A stretch of 64,000 nt of DNA, from NCBI GenBank assembly GCA_040387835.1, contig JAZKCZ010000002.1, forward strand, positions 341,166-405,165, read 5' to 3'. Positions 18,332 through 28,795 of the stretch are shown here, piece after piece (position 1 is the stretch's first letter; the number at the start of each line of letters is the position of its first letter). The stretch is from Myxococcota bacterium (lineage in GTDB: Bacteria > Myxococcota > UBA727 > JABDBI01). The notes under the pieces are model-generated. The model worked only from the letters and a program-made list of their open reading frames with translations, did not search any database and was not told the origin of the DNA. The translations under genes were made by a program, and so were the position numbers.

Positions 18332-21300
18332 TTTTAAGCGATATATCTATTAAACGACCGGTCTTTGCGACCATCTTAAACGTTTTAATTATTGTCTTCG
18401 GTCTGTTTAGCTTACCTGAGCTGCCCATCGAACTGTATCCCAACGTCGATTTTCCGGTGGTATCCGTGCTGGTCACCTGGCCTGGTGCTGCGCCGCAATC
18501 AGTAGAAGCACAAATTCTCGAGCCGTTGGAGCGGGCGGTTAACGGAATCTCAGGCCTCGATAAACTTCGCTCAACCGCTTTCCCTAGCGCTGGACTTCTC
18601 GTTCTGCAGTTCAAACTGGAGAAAAACTCGGAAGATGCAGCCCAAGATACGCGCGATAAAGTCTTCAGCGCGCTAGGCTCCCTACCAACCGATATCGAAA
18701 CGCCCATTATTCAGCGCTTTGAAATGGGTAGTACGCCCATCATCAACGTTGCCTTATCAGCTAAAAAAATGCCCCTGGGCGAGCTATCTAAAATCGCCGA
18801 TGACGTTATCAGGGCACGGCTACAACGTGTAGATGGCGTTGCCAAAGTCGATATCAGCGGGGATCGAAAGCGTGAAATGCACGTTCTAATCGATCGAAAC
18901 CGCCTCTCCGCCTTAGGCCTATCCGCAAGCGACATTGTTAACTCGCTTAAAGCACAAAACTTGGATGTGCCGGCCGGCAAGATCGAAACAAGCGAAAGCT
19001 ACTTCCCCTTACGCGTGCTCAAAGAAATCAAAACGCCAAATGATTTAAGCCTTCTTCCCATCATCAGCGCGCAACGCAATTTTGCCAGAATTGGTGACGT
19101 CGCCGATGTGCAAGATACCATCGCAGAAGAGCAGACAGCTGCCTTTGAAAACCAAAACCGCACCATCTTGCTATCCGTATTCAAGCAATCTGGCGCCAAC
19201 ACCACAACCATTGCTGACGATTTGCAAAAGACCATCAAGAAGCTTGCAGCCCAACTACCTGGAGACTTAAGCCTGCAGGTGGTCACCGATGATTCTAAAT
19301 ACATCCGAGGCTCCATCGGCGCGGTTAAATTAGACTTATTGGTCGGCGCGATACTAGCAATTTTCATCGTTTACGTATTTTTGAGAGACAAGCGAGCAAC
19401 TCTGATTAGTGCACTCGCTCTGCCAACCGCTGTAATCGGTACGTTCGCATTTTTGCGATTTATGAATTTTACGCTCAACATGATGTCGACTCTGGCTTTA
19501 AGTCTGTCGATCGGGTTGTTGATCGACGATGCCATTGTGGTGATCGAAAACATCTATCGCCATCTCAAAATGGGCAAAGACGCCAAAACAGCTGCCAAAG
19601 ATGCCACCAGCGAAATCGGTATGGCGGTATTCGCAACGACACTGACCATCTGCGCCGTATTCGTGCCCGTGGCCTTTATGAGCGGTATTGTCGGACGATT
19701 CTTCTATCAGTTCGGCTTGACCGTGGCCTTTGCCGTTTTGATATCGCTCTTTGTCGCATTCACGCTCACGCCCATGCTTTCAAGCCGCTTGCTCAAAGCC
19801 GAGGGTCACGAGCCTCGTAACGACCGACTCACGCGCTTTTTAGATAAGATAGACGCCAAGTACACCTCGTTGCTCTCTTGGGCACTGCATCATCGCATTA
19901 AAACCGTGCTCATGGGGCTGGCAACATTTATCTTCAGCTTACTCCTGTTAAACTTCGTTCCCATGTCTTTCTTTCCCAAAGAAGACAAAAGCCAATTTGG
20001 TGTCGATTTCACCTTGGCTGAAAACGTCAATCTGGATGTCACCAAAAGACACGCCTTGGAAATCTCTAAGTTCCTGAAGCAATACCCCGGCGTTAAAAGC
20101 GTGGTGAGCCAAATTGGTGCAGGCACAGACAAGAAGCCAAACTCTGCCAAGCTCAGTGTGATTTTGGTTCCCAAAGAAGACCGTACTTACTCTCAGCATG
20201 AACTCATGGACCGCGTTCGAGTTGACCTACAGCCATTCTTTAAAGACAAAGCAACGGAGTTTAGCGTGGTTCAACTGGGTGGCAATGGCGGCGCGACGCA
20301 AACCATCCAGCTTGTCTTTCTCGGGGATAACCGCGAATTACTGACGCAATTTACAGACAAAGTTGTTGGTTTTTTGAAGAAAGACTTGAAAGGCGCCGTA
20401 GACGTCACCAGCACCAAAGCGAAGCCGCAGCAGGAATACAACTTGAACCTCGGGCTCTACCGCGCGGTTGATTTGGGCATGAATCCAGCGTCTATTGCCA
20501 TGAATGCCAGGACACTGTTTGAGGGTGAGAAAACGGGCCAGTTCGTGGACAATGGCGATCGCTATGATATTCGGGTGAAACTCAAAGCCAGCGACAAGCA
20601 AAGTCCATCAGATATTTCTGCGATTAGCATCAATAACCCGCTGGGTGGGCGTGCGAGTCTGTCGTCTGTGGTTTCTTTAGAACAAGGAAGCGCACCGGCC
20701 AGTATTGAACGTTTCAATGGGCAGCAACAAATCACCGTGCTTGCCAACTATACCAACTCCGACCTGAACGTTGCCATCGCAAAAATCCAGGACTACGTGG
20801 ACAAAAATATCCCGGCTGGAGTCACTTTGGTGTTGGAAGGTGAAGCAGATATCATGAAAGAATCGGTCGCATCCATGCTCAAGGCCGTGATGCTTGCTAT
20901 CCTGCTCATGTATTTTATTTTGTGTGCTCAGTACGAGCGGTACCTGGCACCCTTTGTGATCATGATGGCATTGCCGCTGTCATTCACCGGGGCGTTTGGG
21001 GCTTTGCTGATCTTCGGACAGTTTATCTCCGTTTACACCATGATTGGTTTGATTTTGCTGATGGGTATCGTGACCAAAAACGGTATTTTGCTGATCGATT
21101 TCACCTTACATCATATGGAAGGTGGTAAATCCGTTAACGAGGCGCTGATGGAAGCGGCGCCAATTCGGTTAAGGCCAATTCTCATGACGACCTTTGCGGC
21201 AGGCTTTGGGATGTTACCGGTGGCGATCGGCCATGGTGAAGGTGGCGAAGCGAAGTCGTCCATGGGCATCGCGGTTATTGGCGGCTTGCTGATGTCTACC

Positions 21301-21369
21301 TTGCTGACGCTATTGGTTGTGCCTTGTTTGTTCAGCCTATTTGAATCCAGGCGGCATAATCAGCATTAA
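18328..21369 (+). CDS. RND multidrug efflux transporter (AcrB/HAE1-like, 1013 aa)
   Basis: 12-TM RND topology, two large periplasmic loops, conserved [13 protein letters not shown] motif. Confidence 0.9.
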   Translation: MILSDISIKRPVFATILNVLIIVFGLFSLPELPIELYPNVDFPVVSVLVTWPGAAPQSVEAQILEPLERAVNGISGLDKLRSTAFPSAGLLVLQFKLEKNSEDAAQDTRDKVFSALGSLPTDIETPIIQRFEMGSTPIINVALSAKKMPLGELSKIADDVIRARLQRVDGVAKVDISGDRKREMHVLIDRNRLSALGLSASDIVNSLKAQNLDVPAGKIETSESYFPLRVLKEIKTPNDLSLLPIISAQRNFARIGDVADVQDTIAEEQTAAFENQNRTILLSVFKQSGANTTTIADDLQKTIKKLAAQLPGDLSLQVVTDDSKYIRGSIGAVKLDLLVGAILAIFIVYVFLRDKRATLISALALPTAVIGTFAFLRFMNFTLNMMSTLALSLSIGLLIDDAIVVIENIYRHLKMGKDAKTAAKDATSEIGMAVFATTLTICAVFVPVAFMSGIVGRFFYQFGLTVAFAVLISLFVAFTLTPMLSSRLLKAEGHEPRNDRLTRFLDKIDAKYTSLLSWALHHRIKTVLMGLATFIFSLLLLNFVPMSFFPKEDKSQFGVDFTLAENVNLDVTKRHALEISKFLKQYPGVKSVVSQIGAGTDKKPNSAKLSVILVPKEDRTYSQHELMDRVRVDLQPFFKDKATEFSVVQLGGNGGATQTIQLVFLGDNRELLTQFTDKVVGFLKKDLKGAVDVTSTKAKPQQEYNLNLGLYRAVDLGMNPASIAMNARTLFEGEKTGQFVDNGDRYDIRVKLKASDKQSPSDISAISINNPLGGRASLSSVVSLEQGSAPASIERFNGQQQITVLANYTNSDLNVAIAKIQDYVDKNIPAGVTLVLEGEADIMKESVASMLKAVMLAILLMYFILCAQYERYLAPFVIMMALPLSFTGAFGALLIFGQFISVYTMIGLILLMGIVTKNGILLIDFTLHHMEGGKSVNEALMEAAPIRLRPILMTTFAAGFGMLPVAIGHGEGGEAKSSMGIAVIGGLLMSTLLTLLVVPCLFSLFESRRHNQH

Positions 21370-21388
21370 GGCGCTGTTACGATGCTAA

Positions 21389-21913
21389 ATGCCGCATCTA
21401 TTCTTGTTCGTACTTTTATGGGCAAACTTAGGGCAAGCAGCCCTCGTCAATCAAACGCAGGTTCGCCTGTGCGCCCTTCAGGCTTTTAACCAGACTGACG
21501 CTGATTTGAGCGCATGCCTTGCCAATGCGGAGATACGAAGCAAGACGCCTTTATCATGCTACTTGGCGACAGCTGCAGACGAGACATTTCTTGCAGCGCT
21601 CTACACTTCTGTCGCGCTCTTATCTGCGTCCATTGCCATACCCGCTCTGGGCATTGGACTATCAGCGTTAGCGAAACGCCATAATTGTTGTCTGGGATGT
21701 GCTAACTGCAATGACGCATTAGCGAATGCCGAACCGACAACCATTCCGATAACACCGGGATCGCCGCTTCAGCAGATTATGTCGCTAACGACCACGCGCG
21801 TCAGTACCATTGTTTCACTTTCATTTACCTGCATTTCAGCAAGCTGGCTGTTTCCTTTGTGGGAGACGCGAAAAAAAACCGAAGCAACTTGTGCGCATGA
21901 TCTGGTGAGCTAA
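21389..21913 (+). CDS. Hypothetical secreted Cys-containing protein (174 aa)
   Basis: Signal-peptide-like start (MPHLFLFVLLWANLGQAALV). Ala/Leu-rich. Weak coding signal. Confidence 0.3.
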   Translation: MPHLFLFVLLWANLGQAALVNQTQVRLCALQAFNQTDADLSACLANAEIRSKTPLSCYLATAADETFLAALYTSVALLSASIAIPALGIGLSALAKRHNCCLGCANCNDALANAEPTTIPITPGSPLQQIMSLTTTRVSTIVSLSFTCISASWLFPLWETRKKTEATCAHDLVS

Positions 21914-21922
21914 ACATCTTGA

Positions 21923-22546
21923 ATGAAAATTTCATTCGTCGCTGCATGGTCATTGGTAGCACTCAGTCTCTTAGCTCAAGACGTCAAATTAGGCACGCCA
22001 GTCTTCTCAGGTCCTGGATGCCACTTAGACATGGTGTCCTACGCCCACTCGCCCAATGCCAATAGTCTGAGCATGTTGTTTTCGGGTTATACCATTGCTG
22101 CAAACCCCTATCGTGGATCAAATCGAACCAGTTGTGAAATTAGCATCCCGTTAACGATAGCCAACAGCACCCTGTTGGCGGTCGACTATAGAGGCTTTCA
22201 TGATTTGCCTGATTTCGCGATTTCAGGCCGGACCATGACTTACTCCTTTTCAGACGGACAGCAATCTACCAGGTGGAACACATTTAAAGGTGGCGATATT
22301 GGAACGGATATCTATACCGACCAATTAGACACATTTTGCATTGGGTTTCGCATTTTAAAAATTGCGCTTGAACACACGCTGTTCAGCAACTCGACAGATC
22401 GGGATGCGCAAGTGAGCTTAGATTCGATTGACATAGGTGCCACTTTGAGCCCCGGTCCGAAAGTCCAAGTATGCAACAGCGCTCGGCAGATTCCGCTTGT
22501 CATAGCTGGTATTTTAGCAGGAATCGCCTCGTTGGTTGCATTTTGA
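21923..22546 (+). CDS. Secreted hypothetical protein with C-terminal hydrophobic anchor (207 aa)
   Basis: Signal peptide MKISFVAAWSLVALSLLAQD, conserved Cys, C-terminal IPLVIAGILAGIASLVAF. Possibly a DUF-type secreted protein; not verifiable here. Confidence 0.5.
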   Translation: MKISFVAAWSLVALSLLAQDVKLGTPVFSGPGCHLDMVSYAHSPNANSLSMLFSGYTIAANPYRGSNRTSCEISIPLTIANSTLLAVDYRGFHDLPDFAISGRTMTYSFSDGQQSTRWNTFKGGDIGTDIYTDQLDTFCIGFRILKIALEHTLFSNSTDRDAQVSLDSIDIGATLSPGPKVQVCNSARQIPLVIAGILAGIASLVAF

Positions 22547-22558
22547 TATAGCTAGCTC

Positions 22559-23650
22559 ATGGAACTTTCTCTGTTAGACTATGAGCAAATATTCAAAGCG
22601 CTTCCTCAGCCCATCATGATCATGCGGGCGGATCTAACCATTGTTGCCGCCAGTGATGTCTACCTAAAGACAACGCTTACCAAACGCGAGGAGATCGTTG
22701 GGCGCAAAGTTTTCGACGTGTTCCCAGACGATCCCGACGATGTTGACGCGAAGGGGCATCAAGCATTGAAAAACTCTCTTGAGCGCGTGCTACGCGAAAA
22801 AGTGCAAGATGTCATGGCAACCATCAAGTATGACATCAAAAACACCTGCGATTCCAACGCTGAGTTTGAAGAAAGGCATTGGCAGCCCGTCAACACACCT
22901 GTTTTTGATGAGCATCACGAAGTTCGATTCATTATCAATCAGGTCAAAGATGTCACCGATATCATCAGAGAGCATGCCACCGCCGAACGACTGCGCCAAA
23001 AAGGCAAACAGATGGAGGCGCAGATTATCCTCCGAACCCAGGATGTGAAAATCCGAGAAGAGCGATTAAACGTTGTTCTAGATGCGTCCAATATGGGAGT
23101 GTGGGAATTTGACCTCGTCAATCAAACAGCCTGGCGCTCGCTCCGATATGACCAGATTTTTGGCTATCAAAGCCTGCAAACGGACTGGGGTTTAGAAATA
23201 TTCATTGACCATGTGGTTCCCGAAGACAAAGAAATGGTGAGAGAGAAGCTCAGCAACTCCGCCGTAGACAGCTTTCTGGTTGAATGCCGCATTATCCGTG
23301 TGGACGATCAAAGCATTCGCTGGATAAGCTCTCAAGGAAGCACGCATCGAAATGAAGCCGGAACCATTGTTCGACTGATGGGTACCATTAACGATGTAAC
23401 TGAAAGAAAAGCATCAGAAAGCCAACGCGAAATGCTCATCAGTCAGCTGCAGGATGCTTTGGCGCATGTGAAAAAGCTCAGTGGCCTTTTGCCAATCTGC
23501 GCGTCCTGCAAAATGGTGCGCGATGACGGTGGGTATTGGAATCAGATAGAAGTTTACATCGGTAGCCATTCGGAAGCGGAGTTTTCGCATAGCCTTTGCC
23601 CAGGATGTGCTGAAAAGCTGTACCCGGGGATAGTGAAAATAGCGAAGTAG
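22559..23650 (+). CDS. PAS-domain sensor protein with C-terminal Cys4 module and no kinase domain
   Basis: Two PAS-like segments. C-terminus reads LSGLLPICASCKMVRDDGGYWNQIEVYIGSHSEAEFSHSLCPGCAEKLYPG (CxxC...CxxC). Confidence 0.65.
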   Translation: MELSLLDYEQIFKALPQPIMIMRADLTIVAASDVYLKTTLTKREEIVGRKVFDVFPDDPDDVDAKGHQALKNSLERVLREKVQDVMATIKYDIKNTCDSNAEFEERHWQPVNTPVFDEHHEVRFIINQVKDVTDIIREHATAERLRQKGKQMEAQIILRTQDVKIREERLNVVLDASNMGVWEFDLVNQTAWRSLRYDQIFGYQSLQTDWGLEIFIDHVVPEDKEMVREKLSNSAVDSFLVECRIIRVDDQSIRWISSQGSTHRNEAGTIVRLMGTINDVTERKASESQREMLISQLQDALAHVKKLSGLLPICASCKMVRDDGGYWNQIEVYIGSHSEAEFSHSLCPGCAEKLYPGIVKIAK

Positions 23651-23656
23651 TGTGAA

Positions 23657-26272
23657 CTAACGCTTCTTCCGCTTTGGCTGGCGATCCAAAATCGCCTTGC
23701 GGCCCCTGATTTGGTCAATGGTTTTAATCGGCGCCCTCGAAACCGTCTCGCGTTCATCAAGTGTTCGTTGCTCGCGCTCGAATATTTGCTTCAAGAACCT
23801 ACCAGTATGACTTATTTTATTTCTGGCTACTGTCTCAGGCGAGCCTTCCGCAATCATCACGCCACCACGGTCCCCGCCTTCAGGACCCATATCGAAAATC
23901 CAGTCAGCTACCTTAATCACATCTAAGTTATGCTCAATGATTAAAACGGTGTTCCCTTGGTCGCATAAGTAGTTAAGCACTTCCAATAGATGCTTCACAT
24001 CATGAAAATGCAAACCCGTGGTGGGCTCATCCAAAATATAAAGCGTTTTGCCGGTCGAACGCCTTGCTAACTCTTTGCTCAATTTAATACGCTGTGCTTC
24101 ACCGCCTGAAAGCGTCGTCGCTTGCTGGCCAAGGTGGATGTAGCCCAACCCAACTTTGCGCAATGTATCTAACTTTCTGGCAATGGCTGGAATGGCTGCG
24201 AAGAATTCAAACGCATCATCCACCGTCAAATCCAGCACTTCGGAAATGTTTTTGCCTTTGTAAGCCACCATCAAAGTTTCAGTGTTGAAACGCTTACCCT
24301 TGCAAACATCGCAGGTCACGTACACATCAGGCAGAAAGTTCATTTCAATCTTGATAACGCCAGCACCAGCGCAAATTTCGCAGCGGCCGCCTTTGACGTT
24401 GAAAGAAAAGCGCCCGCCTTCGTAGTTGCGCATCTTCGCTTCGGGCAAACTGGCAAACAGTTGTCTGATGTCATCGAACACGCCGGTATAGGTCACCGGG
24501 TTACTACGCGGTGTTCGCCCAATTGGGGATTGGTCAATATCAATCAGTTTATCGACATTTTCGAATCCTTTGATGGCTTTGTAAGGCAGCGCAGGATCTT
24601 TGGTGCCGAAGAACGCTTTGTTTAAGACTTTGCGCAAAGTATCTACAATTAAACTGCTCTTGCCGGAGCCTGAAACACCTGTCACGCAGGTGAGCATCCC
24701 AAGAGGCAGTTTCAGATGAACGTTTTTGAGATTGTTACCTGTAGCGCCGCTTAATTCGATAAACTTACCGTTGCCCATGCGTCTTTTCGCAGGGATTTCT
24801 ATTTTCAACTTGCGTGACAAATATTGGCCGGTGAGAGATTTTTTATCTTTTAAGATATCTTGTGGGGTCCCTTCAGAAACAACTTCACCTCCCAAGCGGC
24901 CAGCGCCTGGACCCATATCCAGCACGTGATCGGCTTCCATGATGGTCTCTTCATCGTGCTCAACCACCAACACGGAGTTACCTAAATCGCGAAGGCGTTT
25001 CAGCGTTTTGAGCAATCGCTCATTGTCCCGCTGATGTAGGCCAATGCTCGGCTCATCCAGCACATATAAAACGCCGACTAAAGCGGAGCCTATTTGAGTG
25101 GCCAGTCGAATACGCTGGGCCTCACCACCTGACAAACTGCCGGCGGCGCGGTTTAACGTCAGATACTCCAAGCCAACTTCTAATAGAAAATCGAGCCTAG
25201 ATAAAATTTCTTTGAGAACGGGCTTTGCGATAAACGAATCTCGCTCGCCTAAGGTAATAGCTTTCAAAAAATCAAAAGCTTGCTGAATGGATTTTTCTGT
25301 TAAATCAGCAATCGACAAATTGCCAACCAGCACAAACAAGGACTCTGTGCGCAGGCGTTTGCCTTGGCATGAAGGACATATCTCGCCGACAGCCTCTTCA
25401 TCTTCTTCCTCACGCTCATATAGCATCCCCAAGCCCGCGCACACGGGACAGGCACCTTGTGGCGCATTGAATGAGAACAGGCGAGGTTCAATCTCAGGAT
25501 AAGAAATACCGCAATCGGTGCAAGCTGAATGTTCGCTAAGCAATCGCTCTTGATTGCCAAGGAGAATCACCACCAAACCCTTGGATTTTTTAAGCGACAG
25601 CTCGATGCTTTCGGCGATTCTTGGGCGGTTTTCCGGCGAAATGGTCAGCCTATCCACCACCACTTCAATGGTATGCTTGACTCTCGGATTCAAGCGGATG
25701 TCTTCGTCTAAGAGCTTCACTTCGCCATCGATACGCACCCGTACGAAGCCGGCTTTTCGCAATTCTTCCAGCTCCTTACGGTACTCGCCTTTGCGTGCCC
25801 GAACAATTGGTGCCAGCACCTGAATTTTGGTGCCCGCTGGCTCTTCAAATAGTTCGTCAACCATTTGGGTGCTGCTGCGCCCTTGAATGGGTTTGCCGCA
25901 TTGATAGCAATGGGGCTTACCGATTCGGGCATAGAGAAGTCTTAGGTAGTCATAAATTTCAGTGACCGTTGCGACGGTTGAGCGGGGATTCTTACTCGTT
26001 GTCTTTTGCTCGATACTGATGGCGGGCGATAAACCTTCGATTTGATCGACATCAGGTTTGTCCTGCATCTCCAAAAACTGCCTGGCGTAACTCGACAGTG
26101 ATTCCACATAACGCCGTTGGCCTTCGGCATAAATTGTATCAAAGGCCAACGAGCTTTTTCCGGATCCAGACAGACCGGTCAATACCACCAGCTGATCCCT
26201 AGGTATATCAACATTAATATTCTTTAAATTATGTACTCTCGCACCTTTTACGCGAATCCATTTTGAGCTCAT
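23657..26272 (-). CDS. uvrA: Excinuclease ABC subunit A
   Basis: [66 protein letters not shown], two ABC modules, zinc fingers. Confidence 0.95.
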   Translation of the reverse strand: MSSKWIRVKGARVHNLKNINVDIPRDQLVVLTGLSGSGKSSLAFDTIYAEGQRRYVESLSSYARQFLEMQDKPDVDQIEGLSPAISIEQKTTSKNPRSTVATVTEIYDYLRLLYARIGKPHCYQCGKPIQGRSSTQMVDELFEEPAGTKIQVLAPIVRARKGEYRKELEELRKAGFVRVRIDGEVKLLDEDIRLNPRVKHTIEVVVDRLTISPENRPRIAESIELSLKKSKGLVVILLGNQERLLSEHSACTDCGISYPEIEPRLFSFNAPQGACPVCAGLGMLYEREEEDEEAVGEICPSCQGKRLRTESLFVLVGNLSIADLTEKSIQQAFDFLKAITLGERDSFIAKPVLKEILSRLDFLLEVGLEYLTLNRAAGSLSGGEAQRIRLATQIGSALVGVLYVLDEPSIGLHQRDNERLLKTLKRLRDLGNSVLVVEHDEETIMEADHVLDMGPGAGRLGGEVVSEGTPQDILKDKKSLTGQYLSRKLKIEIPAKRRMGNGKFIELSGATGNNLKNVHLKLPLGMLTCVTGVSGSGKSSLIVDTLRKVLNKAFFGTKDPALPYKAIKGFENVDKLIDIDQSPIGRTPRSNPVTYTGVFDDIRQLFASLPEAKMRNYEGGRFSFNVKGGRCEICAGAGVIKIEMNFLPDVYVTCDVCKGKRFNTETLMVAYKGKNISEVLDLTVDDAFEFFAAIPAIARKLDTLRKVGLGYIHLGQQATTLSGGEAQRIKLSKELARRSTGKTLYILDEPTTGLHFHDVKHLLEVLNYLCDQGNTVLIIEHNLDVIKVADWIFDMGPEGGDRGGVMIAEGSPETVARNKISHTGRFLKQIFEREQRTLDERETVSRAPIKTIDQIRGRKAILDRQPKRKKR

Positions 26273-26286
26273 GAGTATACTCTACC

Positions 26287-27672
26287 TTATGTATTCAAAG
26301 TTTCCCTAACTTTTTGCAAGAGGCCTCGGGCAGAGAACGGCTTTTGCAGAAAAGCAACTTCGGAAGACTGGACACCATGCTTCAAAACAGCATCGTCTGT
26401 ATATCCAGACATAAATAATACTTTCAAATTGTGCCATTGTTTATGCATCGTATCTGCCAACTCGGCGCCACCAATTTCTGGCATCACCACATCAGTCAGC
26501 AATAGGTCCACTGGCCTATCAAGTGTTAATTCCATCGCTAATTTGGCTGAACTCGCAGGCAGAATATTGTATCCATGTGACCGCAGCGTTTTGGAAACTA
26601 TATCCAGCAAATCTGCTTCATCTTCCACGACCAAAATGGTTTCTTTACCGCGCAGATCATCTAATTTGCCGCTTTCGGCTTCGGCTGTTACTGCCTCATC
26701 CGTTTTGGGCAAAAACACTCTAAAGGTGCTACCCTTACCGGGCACGCTATCGACGAAAATGCCTCCGTGGCTTTGTTCGATAATCCCAAGAACCGTGGCA
26801 AGACCCAATCCCGTCCCTTTGCCTTTTTCTTTGGTGCTGAAGAATGGCTCGAAGATTCGCGCTTTCACGTCTTCAGTCATGCCGCTGCCCGTATCGGTAA
26901 CTTCAATAAAAATGCCTGTGCTAGGACTGCACTTATTGGCGCCAAGATGTTTGAGCGCGGAATGCTCATCTAAAATGCCGTTGAAAACTTCGATATGAAT
27001 CTTTCCACGCAGTTCCATGGCATCTCTGGCGTTCACAACCAGATTCATAATAACTTGTTCAAGTTGCCCGGGATCCGCTTTGATAGCGTAAAGATCGGCA
27101 GGCACATCGAATGTCAGCTCAATGGTTTCGCCGATCAGCCTGGTCAACAGCCCTTTCATACCTTCAATCACTTGGCTGATTTCGATCACTTTTGGTTGCA
27201 AAACTTGCTGACGACTAAAAGTTAGTAGCTGCCTGGTTAAATCGCTGCCACGTTTTGCCGCATGCAAAATTGCCTGAATATTTTTATGTAATGGATCATC
27301 AGGATTCAAAACATCACAGCTGAGATCGGCATAACAAACGATGACCGCCAATAAGTTATTGAAATCGTGCGCTACGCCTCCAGCCAAAGAGCCAATGGCT
27401 TCCATTTTTTGAGATTGTCTAAGTTGGCCCTCTTTCAAGAGTAAAACTTCAGAATTTTTCTTCAAGTCCTGATACAAAGCCATCATCTCGCCAGATGACT
27501 TTTCCAACGAATGTTCCATCAAGCGTCGATCGGTGTCCGATTGGTCCAGAATTTGAGAAATTGATCCCAAAAAGGACTGCCACGACTCGGGAGTCGGCGG
27601 CGGAGCCTGCTCATCCAGACCGGACTTTTTAAGATAACGTTTTAAAACACTATTCATATTACTTTTCGGCAA
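26287..27672 (-). CDS. Hybrid sensor histidine kinase (HisKA-HATPase_c-REC)
   Basis: H-box AHDFNNLL, G-boxes DTGSGM / GTGLGLATV, and a C-terminal receiver (LLTDVVMPEIGG...FMSGY). Confidence 0.85.
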   Translation of the reverse strand: MPKSNMNSVLKRYLKKSGLDEQAPPPTPESWQSFLGSISQILDQSDTDRRLMEHSLEKSSGEMMALYQDLKKNSEVLLLKEGQLRQSQKMEAIGSLAGGVAHDFNNLLAVIVCYADLSCDVLNPDDPLHKNIQAILHAAKRGSDLTRQLLTFSRQQVLQPKVIEISQVIEGMKGLLTRLIGETIELTFDVPADLYAIKADPGQLEQVIMNLVVNARDAMELRGKIHIEVFNGILDEHSALKHLGANKCSPSTGIFIEVTDTGSGMTEDVKARIFEPFFSTKEKGKGTGLGLATVLGIIEQSHGGIFVDSVPGKGSTFRVFLPKTDEAVTAEAESGKLDDLRGKETILVVEDEADLLDIVSKTLRSHGYNILPASSAKLAMELTLDRPVDLLLTDVVMPEIGGAELADTMHKQWHNLKVLFMSGYTDDAVLKHGVQSSEVAFLQKPFSARGLLQKVRETLNT

Positions 27673-28795
27673 TTGTGGTGATCGTCATGGTCTGGTTGTG
27701 CAAATCGCATTTGCCAGTCCCAGTGGGCGAAATTTCTCCGTAAGAATAAAAGCCAACTTGCTTTGCTTGGGGTGGTAGCACGCCAACCACCGCTTCCGTT
27801 TCATCTTCGGTATGGGCGCCTAAAACGAGCCTTCTACCAACGCAACTGATTGCAATTGCCAGCAATTCGGAGCTTTGCGACGCACCTTTAGAGACCATTT
27901 CAGCAGCACCCGCCGCGCCGCTCACCAATCGATCAAAATTTGCCTTCATCAACTGCGCATAAGAGCCCTCAGGGATATCGCCTGCAAAAGTCATCGAATT
28001 TTTTTCTTCGTCAACCGCCAGAACTGTTCGCACCAAACCTTTTCGGCCTTGCTCTTCCGAGCGCAACGATAATGGGAACAGTAAGGCAGAAGCAGGAAGC
28101 TCTGCTGAGCGCTCGCCCAAGTATTCTTTGTACAATGTTAAGGCGGGCTTTCCGTCTAATTCATACAGAACATTGCCCTCAGATTTGGTTACCAGTCTTT
28201 CAGGGCCAAATACATCCCAACCGCCTAAAGAGCTTGCCCGCACCAAAATGTTTTGACCGTAAAAACCCACAATAGAAACGTAGCTGGGACTCGGCTTTTT
28301 ATCATGAAGGACCCAGGTTTCTTTAAAAGCTGACCCATCGCCTGCCAAGCCGCCTCCTATGACTATTTCACTGGGCAATACGGAACTTATACCGCGGACG
28401 AGTTCGCTGCCGTTGACGCACAGGCCGTCGGACAAAATAAATACAGCCTTCAAGTCGTCTTCCAGGAGCTCACGCGCCAGTCCCTCGCCTGCCTGAAAAG
28501 ACTGTTCATTCATGGCAATATGAAATGACGTGGATCTGAGCCGGGTGCTTTCAAACTGAGCGATGGCTACAGAAATACTTTCATCCGACAACTGCGACCC
28601 AAATATCTCACCCGCGGTGGAGCACCCAGCAACAACTGAGTTCGGGAAGTTGGCGTATATTTCGGCGATCGCAGCCGGATCCTTTTTGTAGCAAGGCGCT
28701 GCAAAAACTAAAACCAGAGTGTTTGAAGAGTCCATTTCAGATGGTAGTGGGCCGTCCCATTGTTTTTCGTGGTAACGCTTAACCGATAGTTTCAT
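27659..28795 (-). CDS. FIST-domain signalling protein
   Basis: FIST_N/FIST_C-like layout (…VFAAPCY…AGCSTAGEI…ILSDGL…GGLAGDG…). Sits between two histidine kinases with 14-17 nt overlaps. Confidence 0.8.
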   Translation of the reverse strand: MKLSVKRYHEKQWDGPLPSEMDSSNTLVLVFAAPCYKKDPAAIAEIYANFPNSVVAGCSTAGEIFGSQLSDESISVAIAQFESTRLRSTSFHIAMNEQSFQAGEGLARELLEDDLKAVFILSDGLCVNGSELVRGISSVLPSEIVIGGGLAGDGSAFKETWVLHDKKPSPSYVSIVGFYGQNILVRASSLGGWDVFGPERLVTKSEGNVLYELDGKPALTLYKEYLGERSAELPASALLFPLSLRSEEQGRKGLVRTVLAVDEEKNSMTFAGDIPEGSYAQLMKANFDRLVSGAAGAAEMVSKGASQSSELLAIAISCVGRRLVLGAHTEDETEAVVGVLPPQAKQVGFYSYGEISPTGTGKCDLHNQTMTITTIAEK

